A stretch of 64,000 bases of DNA from Podarcis erhardii (Eukaryota), in assembly GCA_964252035.1 (NCBI GenBank), contig OZ176208.1; one strand, written 5' to 3'. A program made the translations under genes and the position numbers. Each line of letters opens with the position of its first letter. The stretch's first letter is position 1. The notes under the pieces are model-generated. The model made no database searches. It was not told the DNA's origin and saw nothing but the letters and a program-made list of their open reading frames with translations. Positions 22,628 to 35,159 of this stretch are shown here, piece by piece.

Positions 22628-24036
22628 CTGAGGACAAAAGGCTCAAGAGAGACTTCATCACTTTCATATTAATGACAGTTTTTGCTACCCTATGCACTTA
22701 ATATTGTAATTAATTTGAGGAGAAAGTTTTCCCTCTGCATACGTCAGGAAAATTTGACTCTCAGTGCTCATCTCTTGGCTGTTCACCTTGGTTGGCAGCC
22801 AACTGTTGATAAATGGGTGCAATTCACCTGCTGTAGATTCCATTTCAATATGTCAGGAATTATGGATAGATTTTTTTTTTAAAAAAAATCTAATAGTCTG
22901 GACACATCAGAAATAATGGATTTAACCTCTCTCCTCCAATTGCAAAAAAAGGTGCCATGTCACATTTCTCTGAGTAGTAATTTGAAAGAGATTTAAAACT
23001 AATCCCCACTTCTTGACTCATTTTAGATGATTTAAATTTTTATTTTTCTAGGTAAGATTTTACAGAATACAGCTTCTTTTCCAGCAGCAGCACTGGATAT
23101 CTTGCTAGAGGGATGCTGAAGCTGTCTATTGCTTTTCAGTATATTAGCTAAATCATTCCACCTCCATCACCAGCAATAAAATGGCAGGTTAGACACATTT
23201 AATCTATGAAGCATTACTCTCTAATAAGTATCCCTATATAATACAGGCCCATGATCAAATCAATTACAATGCAGTGATTTTCATCATTGCAAATGAGGTG
23301 TTTTAAATCTACTTAATACTGACATACAAAATGTCACATTCCATATCTGAATGGAAAAGATCTCATATGATCTATTTCAGGCAATTTTGGTTTCCATTCA
23401 GAATGTAACCATTTAAACAGAGATAGCAACCACTTGCTGGAAGCAGCTAAGACATCAGTTCTGTGAGCCCTTAACCAAAATTCTCTCTTTTTATCTGAAA
23501 CTATGGGGTCAACCAGATTCAGGAATGAGAATCAGATAGAGCGCCTTGCAAAACACTATTCTGAATATCACTTTGCAAGGGGCTGGATAAAATGGGACAA
23601 TCCGCTGATTGTTGGGTCTTTCTGAGATCCTTGCAAAGTGGTCCTCAAGGTAATGCTTTGCAAGGGACTATTGGGAGATGTGGGTTTGGCTTGGCCAAAA
23701 GGGGCTTGCAGGCCAAATGGGAATCCTTCATGGGTGCAATTAGGCTCTTGGGATGGAAGTTCCCCACCCCTGGTAAATAACATACAGTCTTGAGTTATTT
23801 GTATTGAATTGCACATACCCAAGTGCACTGTGATGATAACTAAACTTGTGACTCCAATCTTACAGCTTCTAACTCTTGGAAGATAAAATTTTGGAACTTG
23901 GGTGAGCCAGGCAAAGCTGGCAGGACTGGGCTGAAACCCTGAGGATCTGGGATTAGGAACACAGCACAGCAGAGGCAGTGGTGCAACCCAGTGGGAATTG
24001 GTCGACCCCAAACACCTAACAGCAGAGTCTTGCAGG

Positions 24037-24437
24037 CAGTGGCGGAGCATATGCCCACGCTGCCCAGGGCAAGCACGCTCCCAAGGGGGGGTGGTACAGA
24101 GGGTGCCCTCCCAGGCACAGGATAGCCACTTGGGTGCCTGGAGCGGTGTGTGCGCCCTGCAGCCGGGACAGAGTGAGCCACCCAGGGGGGCGGAGTAAGC
24201 CGCCCATGGTGGACATTCGGCGCACCATCCACCCACAACTCCCAAGCCTCCCACAAGCTGTCAAAATGAAGGCGGGGAGGGAATGCTGCTGGCAAAGCGG
24301 TGCAGCTCTTCCCTTAAACCAACGGCTTGGTGTAGGCCTGGGAGTCACGGGCAGGCGGTGTGTCGAATGTCACCCCCCCCCTCAGTGAGGGCACCTGGGG
24401 TGGACCACCCCCACTGCCCCCCCTTCCTATGTCCCTG
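24037..24437. mobile_element. GC-rich non-autonomous DNA element (PIF/Harbinger-like MITE)
   Basis: Begins CAGTGGCGGAGC, ends CTTCCTATGTCCCTG, with sub-terminal TGTCACCCCCCCTCAGTGAGGGCACCTGGGG; explains the cluster of overlapping GC-rich ORFs. Confidence 0.55.
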
Positions 24438-27118
24438 CTTGCAGGATCAGGAGATGATCAGCAATGAAGGTGTGCAGCAGCGGGGTTGCCCAGGACCTGT
24501 TGTCGCAGTGGCCAACCTGATATCCACGGAAACAGCATGTGCTCTCCTACTGAACTGTGGCCCTTGCCCCTATGGCCAGCATATGATGAATAAAGATATT
24601 ATTGGAGATAAAGAAAGGGACAACATTGCTCTTGTCCCCAAAGAGGACACATTTATCAGATCCATCAGTTTATACCCTTGAATTAAGTCCTGTATATTTC
24701 AGTAGCTTTAGCTTGTCATTGAAGTGTCGAGGCTTGCAGTTTCAGACACAACCTCAAAACCTACATCAAAGAAAACGACGGAGTCTTTAGCAAGGTCCAT
24801 TAATAGCTAAAGTCCATGAATTAGTGTTCAGTCTTGTTCATGTATTTCTTTCGATGTCTTGGTCAAGGCAAGCAGGTGCGATGTACAAAGTGGCAAAATG
24901 ATATAAACTTACTCATAATGCAATCTAATGTTCTGGAGGAAGAGTGTTTCCATTCAGGTTGGGATTATGAGGATTTATGCCCGCCGAGGCCTCCCAGCCC
25001 TTCATAATAAATGTTCTAGGACTTTCACAGGTGGTCATACATCGAACCCTGTCAGGTTCTTTTCCCATTTCTTAGTGTAAGATTAAGTTCCATAGGCCAA
25101 GGGGTAGTGGAGGAGAAAAGCATCTGACTGGAATATAAATCAGGAGCTCGAATAGAATTTTCACTCTGTTTTTCCTCTACTCGCTCCCTTGAAGCAATTC
25201 CATGCTGGTGCAAACTAATCTGTATACTGAGAATTATGCCACTGGTGCGCAGGAGGGTTTCTTTCAAAAGAAAGGGGTGCTCTGATTTATTTGGAAGGCT
25301 TGAAATTATGATCTAAGTTTTGATTCAGGTGAAAACTTAAAGGATTCCATCTTTTAGCAGCATGGTCAGCCCAATATGTTTTGCTACCTGGGGAGAAAGA
25401 CAAGATGGCCCTCTCCTCACAGCCCCCACCATTCCATGTACAAGAGCCAACCAGATTGGCAGTTGTATCTTACCTCAGTAATGGCAATGGGATGTGACTT
25501 CCACCACACCTGAAGGCAGCAGACTAGCTTAGGGGGCACAGGACAGGCTATATAGCACTATATAGACTATATTTCTATTTTGTAGTTTCTTGAGCAACAC
25601 TGCCGTTTGATACGTTTCCCCTCAAACTGGTTTTATGATTTGATAGCATAAGCTACATTCACTTTGCAGTTGAGCTGAGGTGTATACATTTGAGACAGCC
25701 ATTGCACATAGGAGTTCCAAGGTTTGCAGGGGTGAGGAAAGCAAAAATATAATGCACACTGGGTGAAGACATTCCTGCTCCCTTTCTGGTGTGTACAGCA
25801 CATGTGACTTGAAACACAATAGAGGAAATGTCCTTGCTGTGTTTTAAGCCGCTAATGTGAACATAACCCTAATTAACTACCTACCAGGCCTAATTCTAAT
25901 CAATGGCACTTGCCATGGTCTATGTTTTATCTCCTCCTCCTCCTCCTCTTCCGAAGCCCAGCAAAGCCACTTTAGGGAGGTTGATAGATTTCTTAAGCTA
26001 GGATTATCTAGCTTTATGCATTATTTATTTCCATCTGAATCATATATGACAATCTGACTGAAGTATATCAGAGATATTTGTATAAAGCAATGGGAAATTT
26101 TCTGTTTCTCAGATTAAGGGGAAAGCAGCCACCATGCTGAAGGGTTTCTGCATATTTCACACTGATAATTGCTTCACCCTCCATCTCTTTAAATTCTTTA
26201 TGATTGGCACTAAAGAGATTTGCTCTGTATTAATGCTGACTAATTTTATGCACTGGGAGGGAAGAATCAATTTTATTTTTCAATATATATGTGGATTTAG
26301 AATTTCAATATCACAGACACAATAGAGTATCAATAATATGGATAGGCTCAGTGAATTATTCATGCAGCTATATCTGAAATATGTGATTCATAAAACATTT
26401 ACAATGCTGTTCTTACACTTAAAATGGCCCAATGTCTGACAAATCAGTGGTATGTGTATTTTAGTCAAGCTATGTACTACTATTAATAGTAATAGTCTCT
26501 CTACTGAAGTCAGAGGAGCTATTTATATTCCTATGTGTAATTACGAGAGATATTGTAGTTGGTTGTATAACAATAGGCTGGGATCCAGAAATATTTTAAG
26601 ACATGTACAACCAAAGCGGGCATTGCTTCTTCTTTTCTGGGCCATTTAAATGAAACTGCCTCATTTTTTTCATGCATTCTTCTCCCTTAATAGTTCTCTT
26701 TAGAGATGGTCCTCCTTTCCATTTCGGCTTTCTCTCCCAGCACCACTGATTCTGACAGTTCATATACCTCCCCCATGCCTCCTTGGAAAGAGTTTTAAAT
26801 CACACAGTTCCCTGAGACTGAAAGCCATCAGCTGTGCAAATTACAACAGGATCAAGTGGTAGCAGGAGGCTACAGCATGAAGTTGCTTAGCAACATGGTC
26901 ATTTCTCCCCTCCCCTCCATTATCTAGGATTATACTTTTCCTCACATAGGCAGCCAAGCAAAGATAGAGGCACGGTTTTAAGTGACAATTCTGCAAATAA
27001 ATGAATGGGCAGGTCCTCCCTTTCAGGGCTAGAAATCTCTTAAAATATACCAGAATCATCCCTTTCCTCCATGTACTCTTCTAGGGTTATTTAGAACTGA
27101 ATAGAAAAAGACTCATAC

Positions 27119-27149
<31 letters not shown>
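27119..27149 (+). repeat. (TAT)10 microsatellite
   Basis: Read directly. Confidence 0.95.
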
Positions 27150-27150
<1 letters not shown>

Positions 27151-27670
27151 CTTCAGATGAAAATAGTCCAAGAGTCTTTACCCCCACTGCTTAAATTTTG
27201 GAATGAAACAGATAAATTCATCCACAACTTGTATATCCTCTTCCTATCAGACTCTCTTGGGTACAATTGTCAATAAGTTCAGGAAACTGAATGAGGGCAC
27301 ATTCATGACCATGATAAAGTGGGCTTGTGAAAGGACTTCTGTATATTGCTAATTGCCTTCCCTTGAAATCTGCTAGACAACAAGCATTTTCCAGGGCATG
27401 GTAACTCAGGATCTTAAGTCATGACTGACCTTTCAGAAGATCATTTCTATCACTCAGTAATGAAGCAAAATTTGATCTGCCAGCAAATTGTTAAAAGCTA
27501 GGATTTTAGACTGAGTGCTGCAATTTCCTCACTTTTGAATCCTAATTAGGGACAGAGGGAAAATTGGTTTGGTTGTCATTTTAATGTGCACTTCCTGAAC
27601 CAATACACAAACCAAAACACAGCTTAGCTATCAAAAATTATTTTACAAAACTCGTGTACAAAAATGTACT

Positions 27671-28225
27671 GATGATGATGATGTATTTATTCATTTATAC
27701 CTCACCTTTTCCCCAGAACTGGGACTCAAGGCAGCTTACAAAAATTAAAACAAACACTTCTAAAACACAGAAAACTAAAGACGTATAAAAGATAATAGTT
27801 AAAAGGGAATTAAGCTACAATGAAATTAAAACAATCAAAATATATTAAGATGCATATAGTAAAAACACTAAACACAGCGCAACACTATGTAAAAGTCCTT
27901 TCCTTCAAAGCAGTCAGTTCCCAAAGGCCTGCCAGAATAAAACAGTCTTCACCTGCCAGCAGAAGATGGGAGTTCCAAAGTCTTGGAGCAGCCAGAGAGA
28001 AGGCCCTCTCCTGACAGAGGAATCTCCCTTGAAGATCTCAGAGCCCAGGCAGCTTCATATGGGAGCATACAATAGCCTGGGCCTAAGCCTGGGGCACTGA
28101 AGAATAGCCAGAGGAGCTGTTGTAAAAAGGGAGTCCTATGCTCCCTATAACCAGCGCTGGGCAACAGTTGCCTGCAGAACTTTGGGCTAGTCAAAGTTTC
28201 TGAGCACTTTTCAAAGGTGGCATCA
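27671..28225 (-). mobile_element. L2 LINE 3' fragment
   Basis: TTTATTCATTTATACCTCACC...CTCAAGGCAGCTTAC followed by GGCCTGCCAGAATAAAACAGTCTTCACCTGCC and GAGTTCCAAAGTCTTGGAGCAGCCAGAGAGAAGGCCCT, typical reverse L2 3' sequence. Confidence 0.75.
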
Positions 28226-28335
28226 GAGAAAACTGATTGCAAAAATATCCATATTAAGCAACATTGTGAATAAGAAAAAACAGCAGAAATGCACACACAA
28301 ACGATGCAATGTTTGTGCTGAATAATAATAATAAT

Positions 28336-28404
28336 AGAATTGCAGACCCCAAGGTCCATCTAGTCCAATTAATTCTCTGCAATGCAGGAATCTCAGCTAA
28401 AGCG
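28336..28404 (-). mobile_element. short CR1-type tail inserted in an (AAT)n tract
   Basis: AGAATT...AAGGTCCATCTAGTCCAA...CTGCAATGCAGGAATC flanked on both sides by about (AAT)5. Confidence 0.65.
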
Positions 28405-29546
28405 TAATAATAATAATAAATTGCACCCTGGTGCAGAAATTGGGCAGACTGAGTTTAAGATGGAAAAAGAAAACTGAGACACTGAAGACAGATTCACCCA
28501 TCCCTAATTCTGATATGAAAATGTTGGCAACCATTGGGAAATCTGCAACGCTTTTGATGACTCTGCTATGACTCATGCTTGCTACACATTATATCCTCTC
28601 ATGATATTTGCAGTCTGTGTTGTTGCTATGCCAGCATCATCCATCTATTATTGAGAAATTGCTAGTTAGCCTCCATTTCATATGAGCTGCTGACATCACT
28701 TTAAAGATGGAACAAAGCACAGCAGATTCTTTTTTCTATAGTCTATATTTTTGGGCAGGTTTCCGCTTCACTTTGCCCCCAACCCCAGTTGTTTTTGATG
28801 CTTTTGTTTTGCATTATAGGTTTCCAGACAGCATGCATTAGATTAAGAACATTCTGAATCCTCCTTTCTGATTTTCTTCTGCAGTTACAGCCACAGAGGA
28901 ACTGTAGTTCTCAGAAATCAGATAAGGCCAGAATGGGTGTTCAGCTAACAGAATGCCAGGAAAAGAGTGAAAACAAATATAAGTGCCAGGGGAAAAACAT
29001 TTTCCTGTCTCTTTCAAAACTCATGGTCAATATTTCCAACGTTAGCCTGCATTCACATGACACTGCAGATGGTTCACATGTTTTAAATTTAATTACTGCA
29101 TTCATAATGCAGAACTACCAGAACTTCAGTGAGGTCTTGGCATGTTTGTGATCATGATTATTCTAGTACAAATGTGGCTTTAATACAAGGGCACTCATTC
29201 ATAATCAAAAGCCTTTCAAATTATCTGAATATTTGGGGTCAGAAGAGGACTTGCCTTTTATGCATGGTCAAGTACTTCTTTTGTACAACAAACTAGCTTT
29301 ATTTCCGCTTCAACATTTAGCTATGACAGAAGCCATTCCTTTGCAAGGTCAGTAATCTAAGGGCATTTTCTCAAGTGAGGCTAAGCACAGTTTTGAGTCT
29401 GGAATGTCATTTGTGGGTTTTGTTAATGTGATACAGAAGGAAAGTAGCGTATTAAAAACAAAATTCATGATTCTCCTCAATGCCATTTCTGATCTCAGTT
29501 TGCAGGCACCGGAAATGTAGGGCAAAATACCTGCAGATACCATTTA

Positions 29547-29635
29547 AATACCCTCCAAGTGTCCCAATTTTCCAGAGACAGTCCAGAAATTATGAAAGCC
29601 ATCCCAGCTTCTGATTGGATCCTGGAATGTCCCTA
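29547..29635 (-). mobile_element. terminal fragment of the CCCTCCAA-ended DNA element
   Basis: ACCCTCCAAGTGTCCCAATTTTCCAGAGAC is the reverse of the right end of the 48490 and 54009 elements. Confidence 0.7.
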
Positions 29636-29840
29636 TGTCCCCCACCAGTGCTGCTGAGCTCGGGGTGGAAGATGAGCCAGTATTTACCCCAAGTGACAAT
29701 TGTGGCTACAGTTACAGCTTGCCTCTCCATGGCCACCACTGCCATCCCCACTCCCCTACCCCGGGCAACTAGCAGTGGCTGCTGGAGAGAGCTTGGAATA
29801 GTTGAATCCAACTCTAAGCATTCTGCAGTGATGGAGTGTA

Positions 29841-30078
29841 CAGTGGTACCTCAGGTTACAGATGCTTCAAGTTAGAGAAGCTTCAGGTTACAGACCGCTA
29901 ACCCAGAAATAGTACCTCAGGTTAAGAACTTTGCTTCAGGATGAGAACAGAAATCGTGCCGCAATGGTGTGGTGGCAGCGGAAGGCCCCATTAGCTAAGG
30001 TGGTACCTCAGGTTAAGAACAATTTCAGGTTAAACGGACCTCTAGAACAAAATAAATTTTTAACCTGAGGTACCACTG
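29841..30078. mobile_element. Tc1/mariner (Tigger-like) MITE
   Basis: Perfect TIR CAGTGGTACCTCAGGTTA / TAACCTGAGGTACCACTG with TA TSD. Confidence 0.93.
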
Positions 30079-30270
30079 TAGCTCACATTGTTTTCATCGG
30101 AAAACTACCGAATTCCGATGAATCCTATGAAAATTGTAGCAACCCTCAGTGTAAGAAATGTAAGAAGTTGACAGTCTTCTATGTTGATGGATTAAAAGAA
30201 GACAGAGCTCAATATGAAGAAAACCTTCCATTCTAATACTATTATCATTTTAGTTAGCCAATTAGATTAT

Positions 30271-30341
30271 GTTGTTTAGTCGTTTAGTCGTGTCCGACTC
30301 TTTGAGATTCCATGGACCAGAGCACGCCAGGCACTCCTGTC
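30271..30341 (-). mobile_element. 71-bp BovB/RTE 3' stub
   Basis: Reverse of the 35085-35157 BovB end; 9-bp TSD TTAGATTAT at 30262-30270 and 30342-30350. Confidence 0.9.
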
Positions 30342-30829
30342 TTAGATTATATGTATTGTTTATAAAACCAAGGAACAGGGTCCCTGTGGTGTGGTCCCTG
30401 TGAACACTTGGGCAGGTGTTTGTTTTAGGGCTGCATGCCCCAGAGGTCCACTTTATAGATATAGGGGGCTAGACTTTGAGTGTACCAACCCCATTAGGAG
30501 ATGACTATGATGACATGGGAATGACTATGTTAAGGCATGTTTCCCTCTTGGTGTGTGCATCACAAACTGGCTGTGGGGGATCAGCTTCCTGGCACAACTA
30601 TCAATGGCTTCTCCATTATCATCATGATACAAAAAACATTACTGTTCACAAGTTGGGACCTTTGTATGAAAATGTGAGAGTTGAGCCTTGCTAAATTAAG
30701 GATGAGAACCAGCCTCCTTCCAGCCCAAGATTACACGAAGCACATCCTTGCACCTCAGAACAAAATTGTGCAGTACAAAGTCTCAAACCTGCATGAAACA
30801 ATTACCTCCAGTCTTGTGACCACTTAAAC

Positions 30830-31180
30830 ATTTTAACCACGTGGGCATAGTGTTCATTTGCAGCTGTCAGCCACATAGTGAAGTAAACACTTCTATACCT
30901 CTCTTCGCCCCTGAATTTCCAAGTAATTTCAGAAGCAAGAGGCTAGGCATAACCAGGTCTCTCGGCAGTTACAACCACCACAAGGTGAGATTTTAATTGG
31001 CTGCCATGTTGCAAATGAATCACTCGATACAACATCAATGAGGTGCTTCTGTGGCCGGGAAGCCTGCTACACAAGGTATGCAACAGCTGTGTGCTGAGCA
31101 ATTGCAATAAAGAATTTAGCAGTGCGTATTAAAGAGTGATAACAACATATCTGTTGTATGATGGCTGCCACAGTGTGCGT
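30830..31180. other. candidate conserved non-coding or enhancer block
   Basis: Repeat-free, CpG-retaining; E-boxes CACGTG and CAGCTG (two), GTAAACA, TTTAATTG, CTGTCA; also two strong plus-strand donors CAAG|GTGAGA and CAAG|GTATGC. Confidence 0.35.
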
Positions 31181-32029
31181 GCGTGTTTGTGTGGATGTGT
31201 ATCAGTCCTGGGACCAATATGCAGGAAATAGGAAAGAGGGGGCTAAAGGTTAATGAGGATAGAGTAAAGGGGTTTTTTTTTTTTAGTCATGAATGCATTT
31301 GCTGTCTGGAGTTATGCTGGAACTCAAATCCAACCATTTGGAATCTCTTCAGAGAAAAGGAAGCATTATAATAGTATAAGAGCAGTCTCTGATAATGTTC
31401 AAAGGAAGGGAAATCAAATAATTATTTCCTAAATATAAATAGATTACATTTTAAAATATTTTTCAGACCAGAAAAAGGGATTCCAAGATCTGCATTCCGT
31501 ATCTGCATTCTAAATATCAATCCAAACAGCGAAAAGAATATTTAGATAAAGAACTACAATTCGTGAATGCTGAAGAAGGCTCTTAGTGTTGTTCTTCCTT
31601 CCAATTTATATGACATTGAGTTTCACAGTGATTTCAGTGTTTGCTAGAAAGGAGCTTAATTGCATGCACATACCCACACCCATTTTGTACCCTATTCTCA
31701 ATCATACCATAGTCTATAACTGTAATACCAGTCTATTACTTGTGAATTTCCATATGAGCACTGTTTTAGGACACCCCCCCCAAAGGAAGCAGATTCTAAA
31801 TGATCAGGGGGACACCCTATATAAGCAGAAACACATAATTCTGTGAATTGAAAGAAAATGGCATTTTAAAACAACCCTTCACTGCTTGACAGGAACCTGT
31901 GAGCTTACAGAATGTTGGTTGAAATTGAGCCCACAGAGAGAGAGGAGAAAGGTCCAAAAGAGGGGTGGAAAGGCTTTAGTCTTGTGGGATCTACTTTGTT
32001 TTTCTGCTCTTACTAGAACATGAGAAAAG

Positions 32030-32730
32030 CCTTTGATGAAGGCCCATCAAGTCCACCATTCTGTTCTGGTATTCCGAGACATACTGCTTCTGATACCCAT
32101 GTGCAGGCATCATGGGTAGTAGACATTGGCAACCTTACTCTCCATGAATTCACCCCTTTTAAAGGTGGCAGCTCTTACGACATGTTGTGGCAGTGAATTC
32201 CATAGCATGAATAAGTATTTCCTTTTCTCTGTCCTGAATTCTTCAATATTCAGCTTCATTGATGTCACTGGGTTTGTATTATGAGAGAAGAACACTCCCC
32301 CTCTCTTTTTCCACTTTATCTACACAATGCATAATTTTATACACCTTTATCATGTCTCCTCTTTTGAGCCTTTTTCTAAACTACCTTCTCCACCCAAATC
32401 TTTTTAAAAAAATCATAGGGCAATTGTTCCATTCCCTTGATCATTTTGATTTTTCTTTTCTGAATCTTTTCCAATTCTACAATATTCTTTTTGAGGTGAG
32501 GCAAGCACAGTATTCCAAGTGCGGTCACACCATAATTTGTATAACAGCATTATGATACTGGCAGTTTTATTCTCAATCCCTTTCCTCATTATCCCTAGCA
32601 TGGAATTTGGCATTTTCACAGCTGCTATACACTGGGTTGACATTTTCATTGAATTATCCAGCATGACTCCAAGATTTCTTTCCTGGTCAGTTGTTGCCAG
32701 TTCCAACCCCATTAGCGTATGTGCACGTTT
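32030..32730 (-). mobile_element. CR1 LINE 3' fragment
   Basis: Peptide TDQERNLGVMLDNSMKMSTQCIAAVKMPNSMLGIMRKGIENKTASIIMLLYK is CR1 RT C-terminal sequence; followed by decayed 3'UTR. Confidence 0.9.
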
Positions 32731-33956
32731 AAGATTTTCTGCTACAGCAAAAAGATTTTTTTTGCCACTGGCACGTTAAAACAAGAAGTCAAAAGTGTGA
32801 CACTGACTGTAGAAACTTTGTGGTGAATGCCAACACCTTTTTTCCTAAAAAAGAAAGAAAGAAAAGCACTGGTTAAACCTCTCTCAGAATTGCAGCTCTG
32901 TGAGGGGAATAGTGGTCTCCTAACTCTCAGCACCCTTAACAGAATGCTTTGAAGGAAGCAGGATAATACTGCTTTCAATATATAGTGCAGATGGGGTCTA
33001 AGTTGTTAACGTCTGCACTTACACAATACATTTAAACACACACACACAAACATCCCACTCACATGGCGATGTCCTGATGAAGTGTGTTTGTGTAACAATA
33101 GCCCTCTTCAGAGCAATATGGTTAGGAAAATATACAAACGGCGAGCAGTCTGCCCCCTGTCCCACATGCATCATTGTTCCAATCACCTTCATGTATTTAA
33201 GGAAGAATCCATGAAGGAGAGCCTCTTATACAAGTGTTTCAGAACCATGAAAAATCAGGGTTTTAAAATGAGTAAGGGTCCCGGCTTCATACATGTTCCC
33301 CTAACCCATGGAGGTTCATTGGAATGAGAGTGGGAGGCAAAGCTAGTGTCTTTGCTGCCCTTCCTGTATGTTTACTAAACCTTCAGAATTCAGTCTCAAA
33401 CAAATAAGAATTGATGTGTGAATATGACTAATCAGTGTTCAATAAGTAACAGTCAGTGCGGACTTGTGGGATATGGATTATTTCCTGGACAGTTCTTAGC
33501 CTTCTCTGAAATCGCAGAATAGGGAGTGGCAAGTGCAGGGGTAGCCAACATGGTGCCCTCCAGATATTGTTGGGCTCCCATCTGCCCCAGCCAGCAGACA
33601 GAGATGATGCGAGTCACTGGCACCATATCCAGGTGGTTGAGGAAGCTGAAGCTCCCAAAGTCAATGAGAAAAGTTTAAGCCTCTCTGGCCCTACCTTCTG
33701 GTGGCTGGCCAGGCCTTTCTATCTCTCTCTTCTCTATCACAGAGGAGAGCGAGATAGAGAGGCAGTTCTGCTTCCCAGAAAGTAGGGCCAGTGAGAGAGG
33801 GAGAGAGCTGCAACCAGTAGACAGCTGTATTGAATGCTTCAGCATCCCTTGACTTATCACTGTCCTTTCAGGCCACACCAGTTAGCTTTCTTCATTCAGC
33901 CTGCACTGGCTGGGAAAAGCCATTGGGATGACTGAATGTGTCAAATGACCCCTTTG

Positions 33957-33980
33957 GGGTGTGTGTGTGTGTGTGTGTGT
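33957..33980 (+). repeat. (GT)n microsatellite
   Basis: Read directly. Confidence 0.93.
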
Positions 33981-34389
33981 TTAAAAAATATAATTCGTAT
34001 TATATATTTTCTTGTGCTACAAAAATACGTGCATTGTCTCTATTTTCAGGCCGCAGAGTCTTTTCTGCAAATCAGTCATGTTCGATGTGAGACATTCATG
34101 CTGTACACAATATAACGTTGGGGGAGAAGAGGGGAGAGACAGTAAACTTACATTCTTTTACTTAGTGTATGTTGAGGTGTTTGTGTCAGCATCACTTGGG
34201 TAGGAAGAAAAGGAATGAAGGAAACGGGGGAGAAAAGGAGGAGGGAGGATTGAGTGAGGGGAGCACGGTTGCGGCAGAGGCAGATCGCTGCTGCGGGGTT
34301 GGAACAGCAGGAGAAGTGCCACACCGGGAAGGAGGGCAAGGAAGGATGATTGGGAGAGAGGGGATGACAGTCTCTGCCTTCCTCTGGTA

Positions 34390-34620
34390 CTCTGGTGCCA
34401 CAGCGGCGACCAGACCAGGGCCTGCGCCTCCATCGCAAGGCCCCACGGCAGAAGCATAGGTCCTTGCCCCACCCCACGCTACACCATCATGATGTTGCAA
34501 TGTGACATCATGACATTGTGGCGCTGGGTGGAGCATGCTGGGCACCCACAGTGTGGGGCCCAAGTCAGTGGCCGAGTTGTAATCCATAAACCTCTTGAGG
34601 GCACCATATTGAGGGCCCTC
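34390..34620. mobile_element. GC-rich MITE fragment related to 43955-44285
   Basis: Shared ATGTGAYRTCATGACAT...GCTGGGCACCCA...TGGGGCCCAAGT motif order. Confidence 0.55.
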
Positions 34621-34759
34621 TAAGATGGAGTGAAAGTTGAAGAGCAGCTTTGTGGCATTGCAAGTAATCTGCTTACTTGTTCCAAAGGGAAGTTCTCTTT
34701 AATGAAATAATACGTATAGGTATACTGTTACTTTTTAAATTGCATCTCTATCCCTCCAA

Positions 34760-35159
34760 GGCTGAAGGCTGATCACCGAAGAATTGATGCTTTTGAATTA
34801 TGGTGCTGGAGGAAACTCTTGAGAGTCCCATGGACTGCAAGAAGATCAAACCTATCCATTCTTAAGGAAATCAGCCCTGAGTGCTCACTGGAAGGACAGA
34901 TCGTGAAGCTGAGGCTCCAATACTTTGGCCACCTCATGAAAAGAGAAGACTCCCTGGAAAAGACCCTGATGTTAGGAAAGATGGAAGGCACAAGGAGAAG
35001 GGGATGACAGAGGACGAGATGGTTGGAAAGTGTTCTCGAAGCTACAAACATGAGTCTGACCAAACTGCGGGAGGCAGTGGAAGACAGGAGTGCCTGGCGT
35101 GCTCTGGTCCATGGGGTCACAAAGAGTCGGACACAACTAAACGACTAAACAACAACAAA
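34760..35159 (+). mobile_element. 5'-truncated BovB (RTE) LINE
   Basis: RRIDAFELWCWRKLLRVPWTARRSNLSILKEISPECSLEGQIVKLRLQYFGHLMKREDSLEKTLMLGKMEGTRRRG*QRTRW...HGVTKSRT; (CAA)n tail; 11-bp TSD TATCCCWCCAA at 34749-34759 and 35160-35170. Confidence 0.95.

Noticed and set aside
23568-24681. Cluster of the longest ORFs (228, 151, 132, 110 aa) on both strands
   Set aside because: They overlap a GC-rich MITE in several frames, have low-information composition and no recognisable domain; long ORFs are expected in stop-poor GC-rich DNA.
26520-26575. let-7-like (GTAGTTGGTTGTATA) and miR-135-like (TATTCCTATGTG) fragments
   Set aside because: Seed regions are absent and there is no supporting hairpin.
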